NCBI GenBank assembly: GCA_965225855.1
Contig: CBDDCK010000005.1
Location: 1,408,001 to 1,472,000, forward strand
DNA length: 64,000 nucleotides
Direction: 5' to 3'
Source: Spirochaetia bacterium
Lineage (GTDB): Bacteria > Spirochaetota > Spirochaetia > SP-2023
The notes beneath the pieces are model-generated. The model saw nothing but the letters and a program-made list of their open reading frames with translations, was not told where the DNA came from and did no database searches. The position numbers were made by a program, and so were the translations under genes. Shown one piece after another: positions 1-11,237 of this stretch. Positions within the stretch are counted from its first letter, which is position 1. Each line of letters begins with the position of its first letter.

Positions 1-218
1 TCAATCCTGCGATATTCTTTATGTACTCGAACGATAACCGCCTTCCTAACATCACCTTTCTTAATGACTGATTGGGGTAAAGCCTCTTTTACAGCAATGA
101 CAATAATATCACCTATACTAGCCCAACGCCTCTTAGAACCACCTAAAATTTTAATACATTCCACACGTTTAGCGCCAGAATTATCTGCGACATTAAGGCG
201 AGTACTCATCTGAATCAT
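1..218 (-). CDS. rplN: 50S ribosomal protein L14 (5' part; runs off window)
   Basis: Reverse strand from ATG at 218 reads [31 protein letters not shown]; follows rpsQ. Confidence 0.95.
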   Translation of the reverse strand, partial: MIQMSTRLNVADNSGAKRVECIKILGGSKRRWASIGDIIVIAVKEALPQSVIKKGDVRKAVIVRVHKEYRRI

Positions 219-269
219 AATTTTATCCTTTTTATTATATCTACAAAACTATTACAAATAGTACAAAAC

Positions 270-521
270 TTACAATGCCTGCTCTACGATCTCAACTAGC
301 TTCCAGCATTTTTCTTTGCTGATTGGACGACATTCAACAATACGAACACGGTCTCCAACATGAGCAGTATTTTCTTCATCATGAACTTTATATTTTTTTG
401 ACCAAGCTACATATTTTCTATAAATGGGATGCAATTTACGTGTTGAAACTTGAACCACAATACTTTTGTGCATCTTATCACTGACAACTTTACCAATAAA
501 AGTTTTCTTATTTACTTTCAT
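270..521 (-). CDS. rpsQ: 30S ribosomal protein S17
   Basis: [14 protein letters not shown]...CRPISKEK; S10 operon position. Confidence 0.97.
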   Translation of the reverse strand: MKVNKKTFIGKVVSDKMHKSIVVQVSTRKLHPIYRKYVAWSKKYKVHDEENTAHVGDRVRIVECRPISKEKCWKLVEIVEQAL

Positions 522-542
522 TTCTTTCCTTAGGCCTAATTT

Positions 543-728
543 TTAAGAGTTTCGTTGCGCAATTTTTGTATTTAAACGCGCTATACTACGACGAATATTG
601 CGAATATCAATAGGATTTTCTAAATGACCAATGACTTTATCAAAACGCAATTTACGCTGATGCTCTAATAATTTTTTACGTTTAGCAATCATTTCAACTA
701 AAGAGAAATCATCAAATTTTTCTTTCAT
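543..728 (-). CDS. rpmC: 50S ribosomal protein L29
   Basis: LRF...LENP..IRNIRRSIARLNT; between rplP and rpsQ. Confidence 0.92.
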   Translation of the reverse strand: MKEKFDDFSLVEMIAKRKKLLEHQRKLRFDKVIGHLENPIDIRNIRRSIARLNTKIAQRNS

Positions 729-744
729 TATATTTTCCTAACTA

Positions 745-1170
745 TTAGTGAACTTTCTTAACAAAACGTGCACGAACAGGTAATTTACTGGCAGCTAACT
801 GCATCGCCTGCTGTGCCAAATCGGCATGAACTCCAGCAACTTCAAACAAAACTGTACTTCTTTGTATCGGCACAATCCACATTTCAGGACTACCTTTTCC
901 TTTTCCCATTCTCGTTTCAGCTGGTTTTTTGGTATAGGGCACATCCGGAAACACACGAATCCAAACTTTACCGCCACGTTTCAAATGACGAGTCATAGCA
1001 ATACGTGCTGCCTCTATTTGACGTGAAGTTAAATATTTTTGATCTTCAGATACCAAGCCGAATTCACCAAAAGAAATTGTATTACCACGAGTGGCATTCT
1101 CACGCAAACCACAATAAGAACGCCTCTGTTTTTTACGATAAGTAAGTCTTTTCGGACTTAAAAGTGCCAT
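745..1170 (-). CDS. rplP: 50S ribosomal protein L16
   Basis: RQIEAARIAMTR, KKPAETRMGKGKGSPE. Confidence 0.97.
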   Translation of the reverse strand: MALLSPKRLTYRKKQRRSYCGLRENATRGNTISFGEFGLVSEDQKYLTSRQIEAARIAMTRHLKRGGKVWIRVFPDVPYTKKPAETRMGKGKGSPEMWIVPIQRSTVLFEVAGVHADLAQQAMQLAASKLPVRARFVKKVH

Positions 1171-1190
1171 CTCTATATACCCCTTTTGCT

Positions 1191-1886
1191 CTATTCTGCT
1201 GAATCAATAGGTCTGCGAACCAAGTTACCAGCGTCTTCTTTGGTATTACTCTTATAAATTTCACCAAGACATATCCAAATTTTTATACCTATAATACCAT
1301 ATGTAGTGGGAGCTTCAGCAAAACCATAGTCAATATTTGCACGAAGCGTATGCAAAGGAACTCTACCCTCTTTCAATTCCAGAGAACGGGCCATATCAGC
1401 ACCGCCTAAACGGCCAGAGATTTTAATCTTAACACCCTGAACATTACTTTGCTTCATTACACTAGCTAAAGACATTTTTAATACACGGCGAAAAGTGCCT
1501 CTACCACGCAGCTGCCGAGCAATATTTAAAGCTACAATTTGTGCACTCGATTCAGGCCTGCGAATTTCTTTAATTTTTATATTCAAAATGTCTTTCGTCA
1601 ATTTCTGTAATTCTTTTTGCAGACGTTCAATATTAGAGCCTTTCGCCCCAATAATATAACCTGGACGAGCAGTATGAATCAAAAAAGTTATACGTTTTGG
1701 TTTGCGAATAATTTTGACATCACTAATATCTGCAGATTGATATCCTATTGTATTTTTCAAAGCATTGCGCAAACGCAAATCTTCATGAAGCATTATTGCA
1801 TAATCCTTCCCACTAAAATACCAACGAGATTTCCAATCGTTATTTATCCCCAAACGAAAACCATATGGATGTACTTTTTGACCCAT
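1191..1886 (-). CDS. rpsC: 30S ribosomal protein S3
   Basis: MGQKVHPYGFRLG, GRVPLHTLRANIDY. Confidence 0.98.
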   Translation of the reverse strand: MGQKVHPYGFRLGINNDWKSRWYFSGKDYAIMLHEDLRLRNALKNTIGYQSADISDVKIIRKPKRITFLIHTARPGYIIGAKGSNIERLQKELQKLTKDILNIKIKEIRRPESSAQIVALNIARQLRGRGTFRRVLKMSLASVMKQSNVQGVKIKISGRLGGADMARSLELKEGRVPLHTLRANIDYGFAEAPTTYGIIGIKIWICLGEIYKSNTKEDAGNLVRRPIDSAE

Positions 1887-1909
1887 TATAAATCCTTCTT
1901 TTGTCTACT

Positions 1910-2245
1910 TCATCTCAAATCTAAAACTACAACAATATGGGCATAACGCTTTAATTGCCTATCGGCACGACCACGACCACGCGCCCAAATTCTCTTATGC
2001 CGAGTTCCTTCATTTACCAACAATTCTTTAACAAATAAACTTTCTTCATCAATATTGCTATTCAAGTCAATAGCATTAGCCGCAGCTGAACGAAGAACTT
2101 TCAATAAAAAAGCAGCTCCCTTGTGGGGCAACGTTCCTAACACAGCTTCTGCTTCAATATAAGACTGAGACCGTATTAAGTCAGCTATCGGACGAACTTT
2201 GGAAGGCGAGATTGGCAAATATTTTGCCACAGCTTTATAAGTCAT
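1910..2245 (-). CDS. rplV: 50S ribosomal protein L22
   Basis: ISPSKVRPIADLIR, ARGRGRA. Confidence 0.96.
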   Translation of the reverse strand: MTYKAVAKYLPISPSKVRPIADLIRSQSYIEAEAVLGTLPHKGAAFLLKVLRSAAANAIDLNSNIDEESLFVKELLVNEGTRHKRIWARGRGRADRQLKRYAHIVVVLDLR

Positions 2246-2281
2246 GATTCACTACCCTTTATTCCCAACATTTTCAGTTTT

Positions 2282-2560
2282 TTATTTACGGCCTTTTTTA
2301 TCAGAACCAGCATGTCCACGGAATGAACGAGTAGGAGCAAATTCACCTAATTTATGACCAACCAAATTTTCCGTAACCAACACAGGTACAAAAATTTTGC
2401 CATTATAAACTTGAATCGTTATTCCTACCATTTCAGGTATAATCACTGAAGCACGAGAATAAGTTTTAATAGGCTTTTTATTTATTGAATCAGATTGCAC
2501 CATTACACGTTGAAAAAGTTTCCCCTCAATAAAAGGGCCTTTTTTTATTGATCTAGCCAT
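2282..2560 (-). CDS. rpsS: 30S ribosomal protein S19
   Basis: [23 protein letters not shown]. Confidence 0.98.
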   Translation of the reverse strand: MARSIKKGPFIEGKLFQRVMVQSDSINKKPIKTYSRASVIIPEMVGITIQVYNGKIFVPVLVTENLVGHKLGEFAPTRSFRGHAGSDKKGRK

Positions 2561-2585
2561 ATTCTAATACTCCTACCCCACCAAC

Positions 2586-3425
2586 TTATTTGCGTTTATT
2601 TTTATTTTTTTTACGCTGTACAATAAAGCGATTTGAAACTTTACTGCGCGAACGCGTCTTTTTACCTTTAGTCTGAACACCCCATGGAGTTTGAGGATGC
2701 CGACCTTTTGTACGCCCTTCTCCACCACCATGAGGATGATCGACAGGATTCATCGCAACACCACGAACTTTTGGTCTTCGTCCAAGCCAACGCGAACGAC
2801 CGGCTTTACCAATGCTAATATTCATATGATCGGCATTACTCAAATTACCAATAGTCGCACGACAAGCTTTATGAACCAAACGAACTTCACTAGAAGGTAA
2901 TTTCAACAATACATAATCACCATCACGAGCTGTAATCATCGCCGAAGAACCAGCAGTTCGCACTATTTGCCCGCCCCGACCTGCGGTCAATTCAATATTG
3001 TGAACAACACGACCAACAGGAATATTTTCCAAAGGCAAACTATTCCCAACAACAATTTCTGCATCAGCACCACTGACAACTCTATCACCTACAGCCAGCC
3101 CCTGTGGACACAAAATGTATCGTCTTTCACCATCAAGATAAACAAGCAATGCAATATGCGCGGTACGATTCGGATCATATTCAATTGATTCAACACGAGC
3201 AAGAACACCTATTTTATCTCGCTTAAAATCAATCTGACGGTACAATTTTTTATGGCCACCACCCCGGCGACGAACACTTATAATACCCTTACTATTTCTT
3301 CCAGCATTGCTTTTTTTGCCATTCGATAATTTTTTATACGGCCTATCCTTGGATAAGCCGGAATAATTTACAGTTTGTAAATGCCTTTGACCTGACGTAG
3401 TAGGATTATATTTTTTCAATGCCAT
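2586..3425 (-). CDS. rplB: 50S ribosomal protein L2
   Basis: [29 protein letters not shown]. Confidence 0.98.
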   Translation of the reverse strand: MALKKYNPTTSGQRHLQTVNYSGLSKDRPYKKLSNGKKSNAGRNSKGIISVRRRGGGHKKLYRQIDFKRDKIGVLARVESIEYDPNRTAHIALLVYLDGERRYILCPQGLAVGDRVVSGADAEIVVGNSLPLENIPVGRVVHNIELTAGRGGQIVRTAGSSAMITARDGDYVLLKLPSSEVRLVHKACRATIGNLSNADHMNISIGKAGRSRWLGRRPKVRGVAMNPVDHPHGGGEGRTKGRHPQTPWGVQTKGKKTRSRSKVSNRFIVQRKKNKNKRK

Positions 3426-3436
3426 AATTCAACTCT

Positions 3437-3766
3437 TTACACTTCACCAAGATTTTCCAAAGCATCGATAACTTTACCATTAGGCAGAGTTACAATAGCT
3501 TTTTTCCAAATAGCTGTTTCACCATAACCACGCTTAAAGCTAAGTTTAGAGACTGGTGAATTGCGCTTCTTCTTACTCTTAACAGTAATGATATTGCAAG
3601 ACAACGGCTCAACACCAAACAACATTTTCACCGCATACAGAATCTGAAATTTATTAGCACGCATATCAACTTTAAAAGTATATTGTTTATACCCAGATAT
3701 TTTGTTTTGAAGCATACTACTTTTTTCCGTCAACAAAGGACGAATTAAAATATTCTCTACTTCCAT
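3437..3766 (-). CDS. rplW: 50S ribosomal protein L23
   Basis: ILIRPLLTEKS, WKKAIVTL; position. Confidence 0.93.
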   Translation of the reverse strand: MEVENILIRPLLTEKSSMLQNKISGYKQYTFKVDMRANKFQILYAVKMLFGVEPLSCNIITVKSKKKRNSPVSKLSFKRGYGETAIWKKAIVTLPNGKVIDALENLGEV

Positions 3767-3768
3767 TA

Positions 3769-4422
3769 TCACACAACCTTATTTTTGCAATAAAAAGAAT
3801 TTAAGCCTTTTATTGCCGATTCTGTAAATAAAATCTTCTTGGCATAAAAAAAGCCATGCACCTGCAATCGCCAATAATCCAATAAAACTAAATTAGAAAC
3901 ATTGTCACCCGCACGACGTATCAATTTATTTTGATCTAAATTATCACCCAAAACAATAACAACACGCTCTTTCTTTACTATAACAAAATTTACCAACTTA
4001 GAAACAATATCCCTAGTCTTACCAGATTCAATTTGAAAATCCTCAATAATTTTAACGATATCATCATCAGCCACACGGAGAGATAATAAGCTTTTATAGG
4101 CATTTTGCTTCATTTTTTTTGGCATATCTTGCCTATAACTCCTAAGATGTGGACCAAAAGCAACACCACCACCTTTCCAAATAGGAGAACGCTTATGCCC
4201 GACACGAGCCCGACCTGTACCTTTTTGACGCCAAGGCTTTGCAGTCGAACCTCGCACCTCTGCACAACGGCGGGTCTCAGCGGTCCCTTGACGTTTATTA
4301 GCCAATTCAGATAACAATAATTGATGGATCAAACCTTCATTAACTTTCACACAAAACACATCATTAGCCAACTGAATAGAACCTTTTTCACTACCATCTA
4401 TAGAATATAATTTCTTTTCCAT
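3769..4422 (-). CDS. rplD: 50S ribosomal protein L4
   Basis: KPWRQKGTGRARVG, SPIWKGGGVAFGP. Confidence 0.97.
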   Translation of the reverse strand: MEKKLYSIDGSEKGSIQLANDVFCVKVNEGLIHQLLLSELANKRQGTAETRRCAEVRGSTAKPWRQKGTGRARVGHKRSPIWKGGGVAFGPHLRSYRQDMPKKMKQNAYKSLLSLRVADDDIVKIIEDFQIESGKTRDIVSKLVNFVIVKKERVVIVLGDNLDQNKLIRRAGDNVSNLVLLDYWRLQVHGFFYAKKILFTESAIKGLNSFYCKNKVV

Positions 4423-4483
4423 TTATTAACCCTAATAAACACCAAACTAATAATTCAATAAAGTATATTATTAAAATTTAGAC

Positions 4484-5107
4484 TTATGATTTCTTTTTAG
4501 CTTTACGAACAACAACACGAGAACCTTTACTGCCAGGCACAGAACCACACACAACCAACAAACCTTTATCCGCCTCAATACGCAAAACTCTAAGATTCTG
4601 AACGGTAACACGTTCTTTGCCCATTCTTCCGGCCATTTTCGTACCACGAAAAGTACGAGAAGGCCACGCTGCTTGACCAGTAGAACCTAAGTCCCGATGA
4701 AACTTAGAACCATGTGTCTTGCGACCGCCACTAAATCCATGACGCTTCATGCCACCTTGAAAACCCTTTCCCTTTGAAACCCCAACAATATCAACATAGC
4801 GAATATCTTCAAATATCTCTAAACCCAATTCCTGGCCAACTTCACAATCCACAGAAAAATCACGAAACTCTTTCAACGAAACACAAGGAATACCACCATC
4901 TAAAAACTGACCTAAACAGACTTTATTCATACGATGAACATTTGATATTTTCTGCCCTAACAAAACAGCATCATACCCATTATTTTCTTTTGTCTGCTTT
5001 TTTACTACAAGATTCTTTTCTACTTCAATCACAGTTACAGGCTCAACAGAACCATCTTCAGAGAAAAACTGTGCCATACCGTGTTTCTTACCAATCAATG
5101 CAATCAT
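4484..5107 (-). CDS. rplC: 50S ribosomal protein L3
   Basis: SKGKGFQGGMKRHGF, KMAGRMG. Confidence 0.97.
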   Translation of the reverse strand: MIALIGKKHGMAQFFSEDGSVEPVTVIEVEKNLVVKKQTKENNGYDAVLLGQKISNVHRMNKVCLGQFLDGGIPCVSLKEFRDFSVDCEVGQELGLEIFEDIRYVDIVGVSKGKGFQGGMKRHGFSGGRKTHGSKFHRDLGSTGQAAWPSRTFRGTKMAGRMGKERVTVQNLRVLRIEADKGLLVVCGSVPGSKGSRVVVRKAKKKS

Positions 5108-5139
5108 TTTATCTCACTATAATAACTGAATTTAAACTA

Positions 5140-5442
5140 TTAACGAATTTCGACATCGACCCCAGCAGGAAGCTCTACATGCTGCAATGCGTCCATCGCC
5201 GTCCCAGACGGGTTTATAATATCTAGCAATCTTTTATGAGTACGCATTTCAAATTGCTCCCGAGATTCTTTATGAATAAAAGTCGATTTATTGACAGTAA
5301 ACTTTTGTATTCTAGTAGGCAGGGGTATAGGGCCAGCAAACTTTGTATCATATTGAACCAATGTATCAATAATAGAACTAACACTTTTTTCAATTAAACG
5401 AACATCAAAGCTTTTTAAACGAACCCGAACTCTATCTTTCAT
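5140..5442 (-). CDS. rpsJ: 30S ribosomal protein S10
   Basis: GPIPLPT, SREQFEMRTHKRL; ATG at 5442 preceded by AAAGGTG. Confidence 0.97.
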   Translation of the reverse strand: MKDRVRVRLKSFDVRLIEKSVSSIIDTLVQYDTKFAGPIPLPTRIQKFTVNKSTFIHKESREQFEMRTHKRLLDIINPSGTAMDALQHVELPAGVDVEIR

Positions 5443-5587
5443 TAAAAACACCTTTCATTCCTATAAAAACTAATTGCTTTTATGAAGAAATTTTACATTC
5501 TAAAAATTGAGCAGAAAACTACGGGCCAGATACCATAACGATTCCAAATAACTATGCCAATAGTATTCTGCTAATCAAAAAAATAAA

Positions 5588-6772
5588 TTACTCAATAACT
5601 TCTAAAACCTGACCGGAAGCAACTGTACGCCCACCTTCACGAATAGAAAATTTCAAACCAGAATCCATTGCAATCGAACTAATCAATTGGACTTCCAATT
5701 CACAATTATCACCGGGCATGACCATTTCCTTACCACCTAACAAAACAACAGAACCTGTAACATCGGTTGTGCGGAAATAAAATTGCGGACGATAACCACT
5801 AAAAAATGGATTATGCCGACCACCTTCATCTTTTGTCAAAGAAACAATAGCTCCCTTAAATTTCTTATGTGGTTTAATCGAAGCGGGTTTACATAAGACT
5901 TGACCACGCTCAACTTTGGTCTTATCGATACCGCGTAATAGACAGCCAATATTATCTCCAGCTTGGCCTTGATCCAATTCTTTTTGAAACATTTCTACAC
6001 CAGTTACTGTAGTTTTTTGAAGCTCACGAATACCGACAATTTCTACTTCATCGCCAACTTTTACAATACCAGACTCTACTCTGCCAGTAACAACAGTACC
6101 GCGACCAGAAATAGAAAAAACATCTTCAATAGGCATCAAAAATTCTTTATCAATAGGACGCTCTGGAATATCAAAATAAGAATCCATCGTATCTAATAAT
6201 TCTTGAATACATTTATTTGCTTCAGCATCTTTAGGATTACTCATTGCTTGAAAAGCAGAACCTTTAACCATAGGCGTATCTTCTGGAAAACCATATTGAA
6301 CCAACAACTCTTGTATTTCCATTTCAACTAATTCAACTAATTCGGGATCAGCCAAATCCATTTTATTCATAAATACAAGTAATTTGGGGACGCCTACCTG
6401 CCGAGCAAGTAAAATATGTTCACGTGTTTGAGGTTCAGGACCAGAATCAGCTGCACAAAGCAAAATTGCTCCATCCATTTGAGCTGCACCCGTAATCATG
6501 TTTTTTACATAATCGGCATGACCAGGACAGTCAACATGTGCATAATGCCGTTCCCCCGTTTCATACTCAACATGCCGAGTATTAATTGTAATACCCCGCT
6601 GACGTTCTTCGGGTGCATTATCAATATCCTCGTAAGACATAACCTTACCACCTGCCTTAGCAGCACAGTACATTGAAATTGCAGCTGTCAAAGTCGTCTT
6701 TCCATGATCAACGTGCCCAATTGTACCTACGTTAATATGAGGTTTCCCTCTTTGAAACTTTTCCTTAGCCAT
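5588..6772 (-). CDS. tuf: Elongation factor Tu
   Basis: [34 protein letters not shown]. Confidence 0.99.
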   Translation of the reverse strand: MAKEKFQRGKPHINVGTIGHVDHGKTTLTAAISMYCAAKAGGKVMSYEDIDNAPEERQRGITINTRHVEYETGERHYAHVDCPGHADYVKNMITGAAQMDGAILLCAADSGPEPQTREHILLARQVGVPKLLVFMNKMDLADPELVELVEMEIQELLVQYGFPEDTPMVKGSAFQAMSNPKDAEANKCIQELLDTMDSYFDIPERPIDKEFLMPIEDVFSISGRGTVVTGRVESGIVKVGDEVEIVGIRELQKTTVTGVEMFQKELDQGQAGDNIGCLLRGIDKTKVERGQVLCKPASIKPHKKFKGAIVSLTKDEGGRHNPFFSGYRPQFYFRTTDVTGSVVLLGGKEMVMPGDNCELEVQLISSIAMDSGLKFSIREGGRTVASGQVLEVIE

Positions 6773-6824
6773 ATCTCCTCCTAATGGACCTAAACTTTTA
6801 TGTTACGCAGCAAACTGCGATTAT

Positions 6825-6855
6825 AAAAAATAAGCTTGAGAAACCACTCAAGCTT
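6825..6855 (-). terminator. Hairpin plus U-tract between rpsG and tuf
   Basis: Stem AAGCTTGAG/CTCAAGCTT (6832-6855) followed on the minus strand by ATTTTTT. Confidence 0.55.
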
Positions 6856-6946
6856 GTAAAAGGAAAGAAATTAAAACTTATTAAGTAGCAACTTCACCTT
6901 CAGACTTACAAGACTGTGGTTTAAAGCAATTATTTGTAACTACAAA

Positions 6947-7417
6947 CTACCAACGATAGTGGGCAAAAGCCTTATTTGCCTCCGCCATGCGATGAATATC
7001 TTCTTTTCTCTTAACAGCAGCACCAGTGCCTCGAAAAGCATCTAACAATTCACTTGTTAAACGTTCCTTCATACCACGCCCCGAACGAGAGCGAGCTGCA
7101 TGTATCAACCAACGCATACCCAAAGCTTCACGGCGAGATTCTCTAACCTCAACTGGCACCTGATATGTTGAACCACCAACCCTACGAGAACGAACTTCAA
7201 ACACCGGCTTAACATTTTCCAAAGCTCTGCGAAACGCAATCAGAGCATCTTCACCCGATTTCTCAGCCAAACGATCGAAAGCTTCATAAACTATTTTCTC
7301 ACTAATAGATTTTTTACCATCTAACATCATACGAGTAATAAATTTTTCAACTTCACTACTACCAAAACGAGCATCAGCAATAAATTTGCGCAGAATCACT
7401 CTTTTTTTTCTCGACAT
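6947..7417 (-). CDS. rpsG: 30S ribosomal protein S7
   Basis: [29 protein letters not shown]. Confidence 0.98.
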   Translation of the reverse strand: MSRKKRVILRKFIADARFGSSEVEKFITRMMLDGKKSISEKIVYEAFDRLAEKSGEDALIAFRRALENVKPVFEVRSRRVGGSTYQVPVEVRESRREALGMRWLIHAARSRSGRGMKERLTSELLDAFRGTGAAVKRKEDIHRMAEANKAFAHYRW

Positions 7418-7446
7418 TTCTATTTCTCCAACAACACGAACACGGT

Positions 7447-7821
7447 CTAGGCTTTAGGCCTTTTTGCACCATATTTAGAACGACCACGACGACGTTCATT
7501 TACACCCAATGCATCACGAGTACCGCGAACAATATGATACCGAACTCCAGGTAAATCCTTTACACGACCACCACGGATGACAACAACAGAATGCTCTTGA
7601 AGATTATGCCCAATACCGGGTATATACGCCGTAACTTCAATACCATTTGACAGACGCACACGAGCTACTTTACGCAAAGCAGAATTAGGTTTTTTTGGCG
7701 TAGAAGTGGTAACACGAGTACAAACTCCACATTTTTGAGGACACGCCTGCAACGCTGGCGATTTTGTCTTTTTAAGACTGGAACTACGACCTTTACGCAC
7801 AAGCTGGTTAATAGTTGGCAT
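7447..7821 (-). CDS. rpsL: 30S ribosomal protein S12
   Basis: [32 protein letters not shown]; true start 7821 after GGAG. Confidence 0.98.
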   Translation of the reverse strand: MPTINQLVRKGRSSSLKKTKSPALQACPQKCGVCTRVTTSTPKKPNSALRKVARVRLSNGIEVTAYIPGIGHNLQEHSVVVIRGGRVKDLPGVRYHIVRGTRDALGVNERRRGRSKYGAKRPKA

Positions 7822-8061
7822 TCTATATCTCCAATATATTAATGCAAATGATAAATAAAACCTAAAAATAATTAGGCTCAGCAAAACAAAAATGCAACGC
7901 AATTACAAGCTACCCTTATCGAATAAAGTCACCAAAAGTAAAACAATTCAACAGTGATAACTAATTTTAGGAAAAGCGGATACACGCTTACTTTTTTTAA
8001 AAAATACCCTTACTAAAAAATACCCTTACATTTTATAAATGCTATCAATACAAAACAAAAA

Positions 8062-8133
8062 CATCTCCAGGGGGAATTGAACCCCCGTTGCCAGAATGAA
8101 AATCTGGAGTCCTAACCACTAGACGATGGAGAC
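8062..8133 (-). tRNA. tRNA-Glu(TTC)
   Basis: Cloverleaf GTCTCCA...; anticodon arm CCAGA-TTTTCAT-TCTGG; GGTTCAATTCC; no encoded CCA. Confidence 0.95.
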
Positions 8134-8141
8134 AAACAAAA

Positions 8142-8214
8142 TGAGCTGGACAGGATTTGAACCTGTGACCCACGCATTAAAAGTGCGTTGCTCTACCAGC
8201 TGAGCTACCAGCCC
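8142..8214 (-). tRNA. tRNA-Lys(TTT)
   Basis: GGGCTGGTAGCTCAG...; anticodon arm ACGCA-CTTTTAA-TGCGT; GGTTCAAATCC. Confidence 0.95.
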
Positions 8215-8236
8215 AAAACATCGAATTCGGTGGAAG

Positions 8237-8266
8237 AATATAATTTAGATGGCAAAAGCTTGTCAA
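8237..8266 (-). promoter_or_regulatory. sigma70-type promoter for tRNA-Lys/Glu
   Basis: TTGACA-18 nt-TATATT on the minus strand, ~22 nt before tRNA-Lys. Confidence 0.65.
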
Positions 8267-8362
8267 GTACTTAAAATTTATTTTTTAAATTTATCACAAA
8301 CAAATAAATCGGCACTATTGAAATTCGTTTGCTTTTCTAACGAATTGGAAGAAAAAGCAAAC

Positions 8363-8391
8363 TTTACTTTATTTTTAGACTATGCTATATT
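8363..8391 (+). promoter_or_regulatory. Candidate topA promoter
   Basis: TTTACT-17 nt-TATATT with extended TGn. Confidence 0.45.
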
Positions 8392-8474
8392 CTGCCTGCA
8401 TTATTTGAAATATAAATAATGTTTACTTAAATCATTTAAAAGTAATCACTTCGGATTCCAGTGCAAGGTATTTA

Positions 8475-11180
8475 ATGGCAGAACCACAAGAAATAAAAGT
8501 TAATGACGTAAAACCCTCAAAGAAAGCAGCAACCCAAAAGACCAGCTATAATTCTACCGCCAAAAAGGCCAATTCCTCAATACCATCAGGTAAAAAATTA
8601 CTTATTGTCGAAAGTCCAGCAAAGGCACGAACTTTGAGTAAATTTCTTGGCTCTAGTTTTCAAATCAAAGCTTCTGTAGGCCATTTGCGTGATTTACCAC
8701 AAAAAGGTAATTCACGCAAAGGGTTGGGTATTGATATTGAACACGGTTTCGCACCCGATTATCAAATTATTCCAGGTAAAGAAAAAATCGTAAAAGAGCT
8801 GAAAGCTTGGGCAGATAAAGCTTCGGAAATATTTCTTGCTCCCGACCCGGATCGCGAAGGTGAATCTATCGCTTGGCATTTAGCCGAACTACTTGAAGTT
8901 CAAGATAAACCGGTCTACCGTGTTACTTACGGAGCCATTACCAAAAAAGCTGTCAGTGAAGCAATCGCCAAACCGCGCGAAATCAATATGGATTTAGTGG
9001 ATGCCCAGCAGGGACGGCGTGTTCTTGACCGCTTGGTAGGTTTTGAATTATCGCCATTTTTATGGAAAAAAGTGGCAATGCGTCTTTCTGCAGGGCGTGT
9101 ACAGTCTGTGGCAGTGCGCTTAGTCGTTGAGCGTGAAAAACAGATTCGTGCTTTTACTCCTCAAGAATATTGGAAAATAGTCGCTGCATTAGAAGGTATC
9201 GACACAGAACAAAAGAAAGTTTGCTTTCGTGCTGAATTAAGTAAATGGCAGGAAGAACCTTTTGCATTAGGTCGCCAAGCAGCATCCTGTGAGGAAGAAG
9301 TAAATAAGATTTTGGCCCAATTGGAAGAAGCCGAGTATCGACTTTTTGAAGTGCAAAAAAAAGAAACACGGCGCAAACCTCCAGCGCCATTTATCACTTC
9401 CACCCTACAACAAAGTGCCAGTAATTTGTTTAGTTTTGGGCCATCGCGTACAATGAGTTTGGCCCAAAAACTTTACGAGGGGGTAGAAATTGGCAATGAG
9501 GGTCCGGTTGGTTTAATTACTTATATGCGAACAGATTCCACCCGAATTGATCCCGAGGCTATCGCAGAAGTACGTGGCTATATTAAAAGCAATTTTTCTA
9601 CTCACTATTTAGAACCCAAAGTCCGATTTTTTGGTTCCCAATCCAATGCTCAAGATGCTCACGAAGCAATCCGCCCCACATCGGTAGCCCTTACTCCTGC
9701 ATTGGTTAGCCCATATTTGGAAAGAGCTTGTCATCGGCTTTATACAATGATTTGGAATCGCTTTGTTGCTTCCCAAATGTCTGATGCACGCTATGCCCAA
9801 ACAAAGTTTCGCATTTCTGCGAGTCATGGCGTTTTTGAAAGCCGTGGGCGCATTATGTTGTTTGACGGTTTTACCAAATTATGGGGCGAAAATAACACCG
9901 AGTCTCGAAAAAACCAGAAGACGACAGTAAACGACAAAACAGACGATACACAACCAGATAAAAAAGAAAGCCCTGCTATAGAAGAACAGACCCTGCCTGA
10001 TATTGAACCCAATAGCATACTGGATAAACAAGAATTACAACCTTCACAACATTTTACCAAACCGCCGAACCGTTATACCGAAGCGGGCTTGATCAAAACT
10101 TTGGAAAAAGAGGGAATCGGTCGCCCTTCAACCTATGCCCCGATTATCAAAACGATTCGAGAAAGAGGATATGTTGTGCTAGATCAACGAGCTTTTAAGG
10201 CTTCGGAACTAGGCATAGCTGTAACCGAAGTGCTGGAAACAAACTTCCCCGAAGTCATGGATTTACGTTTTACAGCGGGTATGGAGCAAAACCTCGATAA
10301 AATCGAACAAGGCCAAGTTAATTGGGTCAAGATGATGGAAGGTTTTTATGGTAAATTCCATGACCAAGTCGTCTACGCTTCAGAACATGCACAAGTGCTT
10401 AAAGGGCGTTCTTACGATGGGCCAGAAAAATGCCCTTTGTGTGAATCGGCGATGGTTATTCGTTATTCTCGCAATGGTGCGTTTTTAAGCTGCAGTTGCT
10501 ACCCTGAATGCAAAGGGCTTCGCCCCATGCCCGGAGAAGGCGAAAGCAGCGATGACCAAGAACCGGTTGACTGCCCAAATTGTGAGCGCTTGATGATCAT
10601 CAAAACTTCCCGTTTTGGCCAAAAATTCCTAGCCTGTTCGGGCTACCCTGAATGCAAAACAGCCCAATCTATTACCCAAGATGGCGATCCCGATCTGCCA
10701 GAAATTGACCATAATTGCGAAGAATGTCAAAAACCCATGGTTGTCAAAGTTTCCCGTTTTGGTAAAAAATTCTTGGCTTGTTCCAATTACCCAGAATGTA
10801 AAAATACTCATCCTCTCGATGCGGAAGGCAACATTGTATTTTTGCCCAAAATCGAAGGCATGGTATGCGAAAAATGCGGTGGCGAGATGGCTGTAAAATT
10901 GGGGAAACGCGGGCTATTTTTGGCTTGTACGGGCTACCCCAAATGCCGCAACGCAAAGCCATTGCCCAGCGAAGGAAATGATGAAGACAACCTTCAAAAG
11001 GCTGCTACCCAAAAATCAACGGCTAAAAAAATAGCAACTAAGAAAACTACTAAAAAAACGGCAGCCAAAAAAACAAGTACCAAAAAAACAGCAATGAAAA
11101 AGACTGCCAAAAGAGCCCGTTCAAAAAATGCTCAAGCCCCAAAAAACCAGAAGCCCCAGAACAAAACTCAAAAGACCTAA
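8475..11180 (+). CDS. topA: DNA topoisomerase I with four C4 zinc ribbons and a Lys/Ala/Thr-rich tail
   Basis: IVESPAKA, DPDREGE, SAGRVQS, LITYMRTDS, GIGRPSTYA; CxxC...FLACS.YPEC repeats. Confidence 0.98.
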   Translation: MAEPQEIKVNDVKPSKKAATQKTSYNSTAKKANSSIPSGKKLLIVESPAKARTLSKFLGSSFQIKASVGHLRDLPQKGNSRKGLGIDIEHGFAPDYQIIPGKEKIVKELKAWADKASEIFLAPDPDREGESIAWHLAELLEVQDKPVYRVTYGAITKKAVSEAIAKPREINMDLVDAQQGRRVLDRLVGFELSPFLWKKVAMRLSAGRVQSVAVRLVVEREKQIRAFTPQEYWKIVAALEGIDTEQKKVCFRAELSKWQEEPFALGRQAASCEEEVNKILAQLEEAEYRLFEVQKKETRRKPPAPFITSTLQQSASNLFSFGPSRTMSLAQKLYEGVEIGNEGPVGLITYMRTDSTRIDPEAIAEVRGYIKSNFSTHYLEPKVRFFGSQSNAQDAHEAIRPTSVALTPALVSPYLERACHRLYTMIWNRFVASQMSDARYAQTKFRISASHGVFESRGRIMLFDGFTKLWGENNTESRKNQKTTVNDKTDDTQPDKKESPAIEEQTLPDIEPNSILDKQELQPSQHFTKPPNRYTEAGLIKTLEKEGIGRPSTYAPIIKTIRERGYVVLDQRAFKASELGIAVTEVLETNFPEVMDLRFTAGMEQNLDKIEQGQVNWVKMMEGFYGKFHDQVVYASEHAQVLKGRSYDGPEKCPLCESAMVIRYSRNGAFLSCSCYPECKGLRPMPGEGESSDDQEPVDCPNCERLMIIKTSRFGQKFLACSGYPECKTAQSITQDGDPDLPEIDHNCEECQKPMVVKVSRFGKKFLACSNYPECKNTHPLDAEGNIVFLPKIEGMVCEKCGGEMAVKLGKRGLFLACTGYPKCRNAKPLPSEGNDEDNLQKAATQKSTAKKIATKKTTKKTAAKKTSTKKTAMKKTAKRARSKNAQAPKNQKPQNKTQKT

Positions 11181-11237
11181 AAGACTCAATAGACCAGGTG
11201 CAATAGATTTAAGCCCCCTACTTTTTGAATTACATTT

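Noticed and set aside
7822..7902. N-terminal extension of S12
   Set aside because: Conserved start and RBS are at 7821; the extension is an ORF-caller artefact
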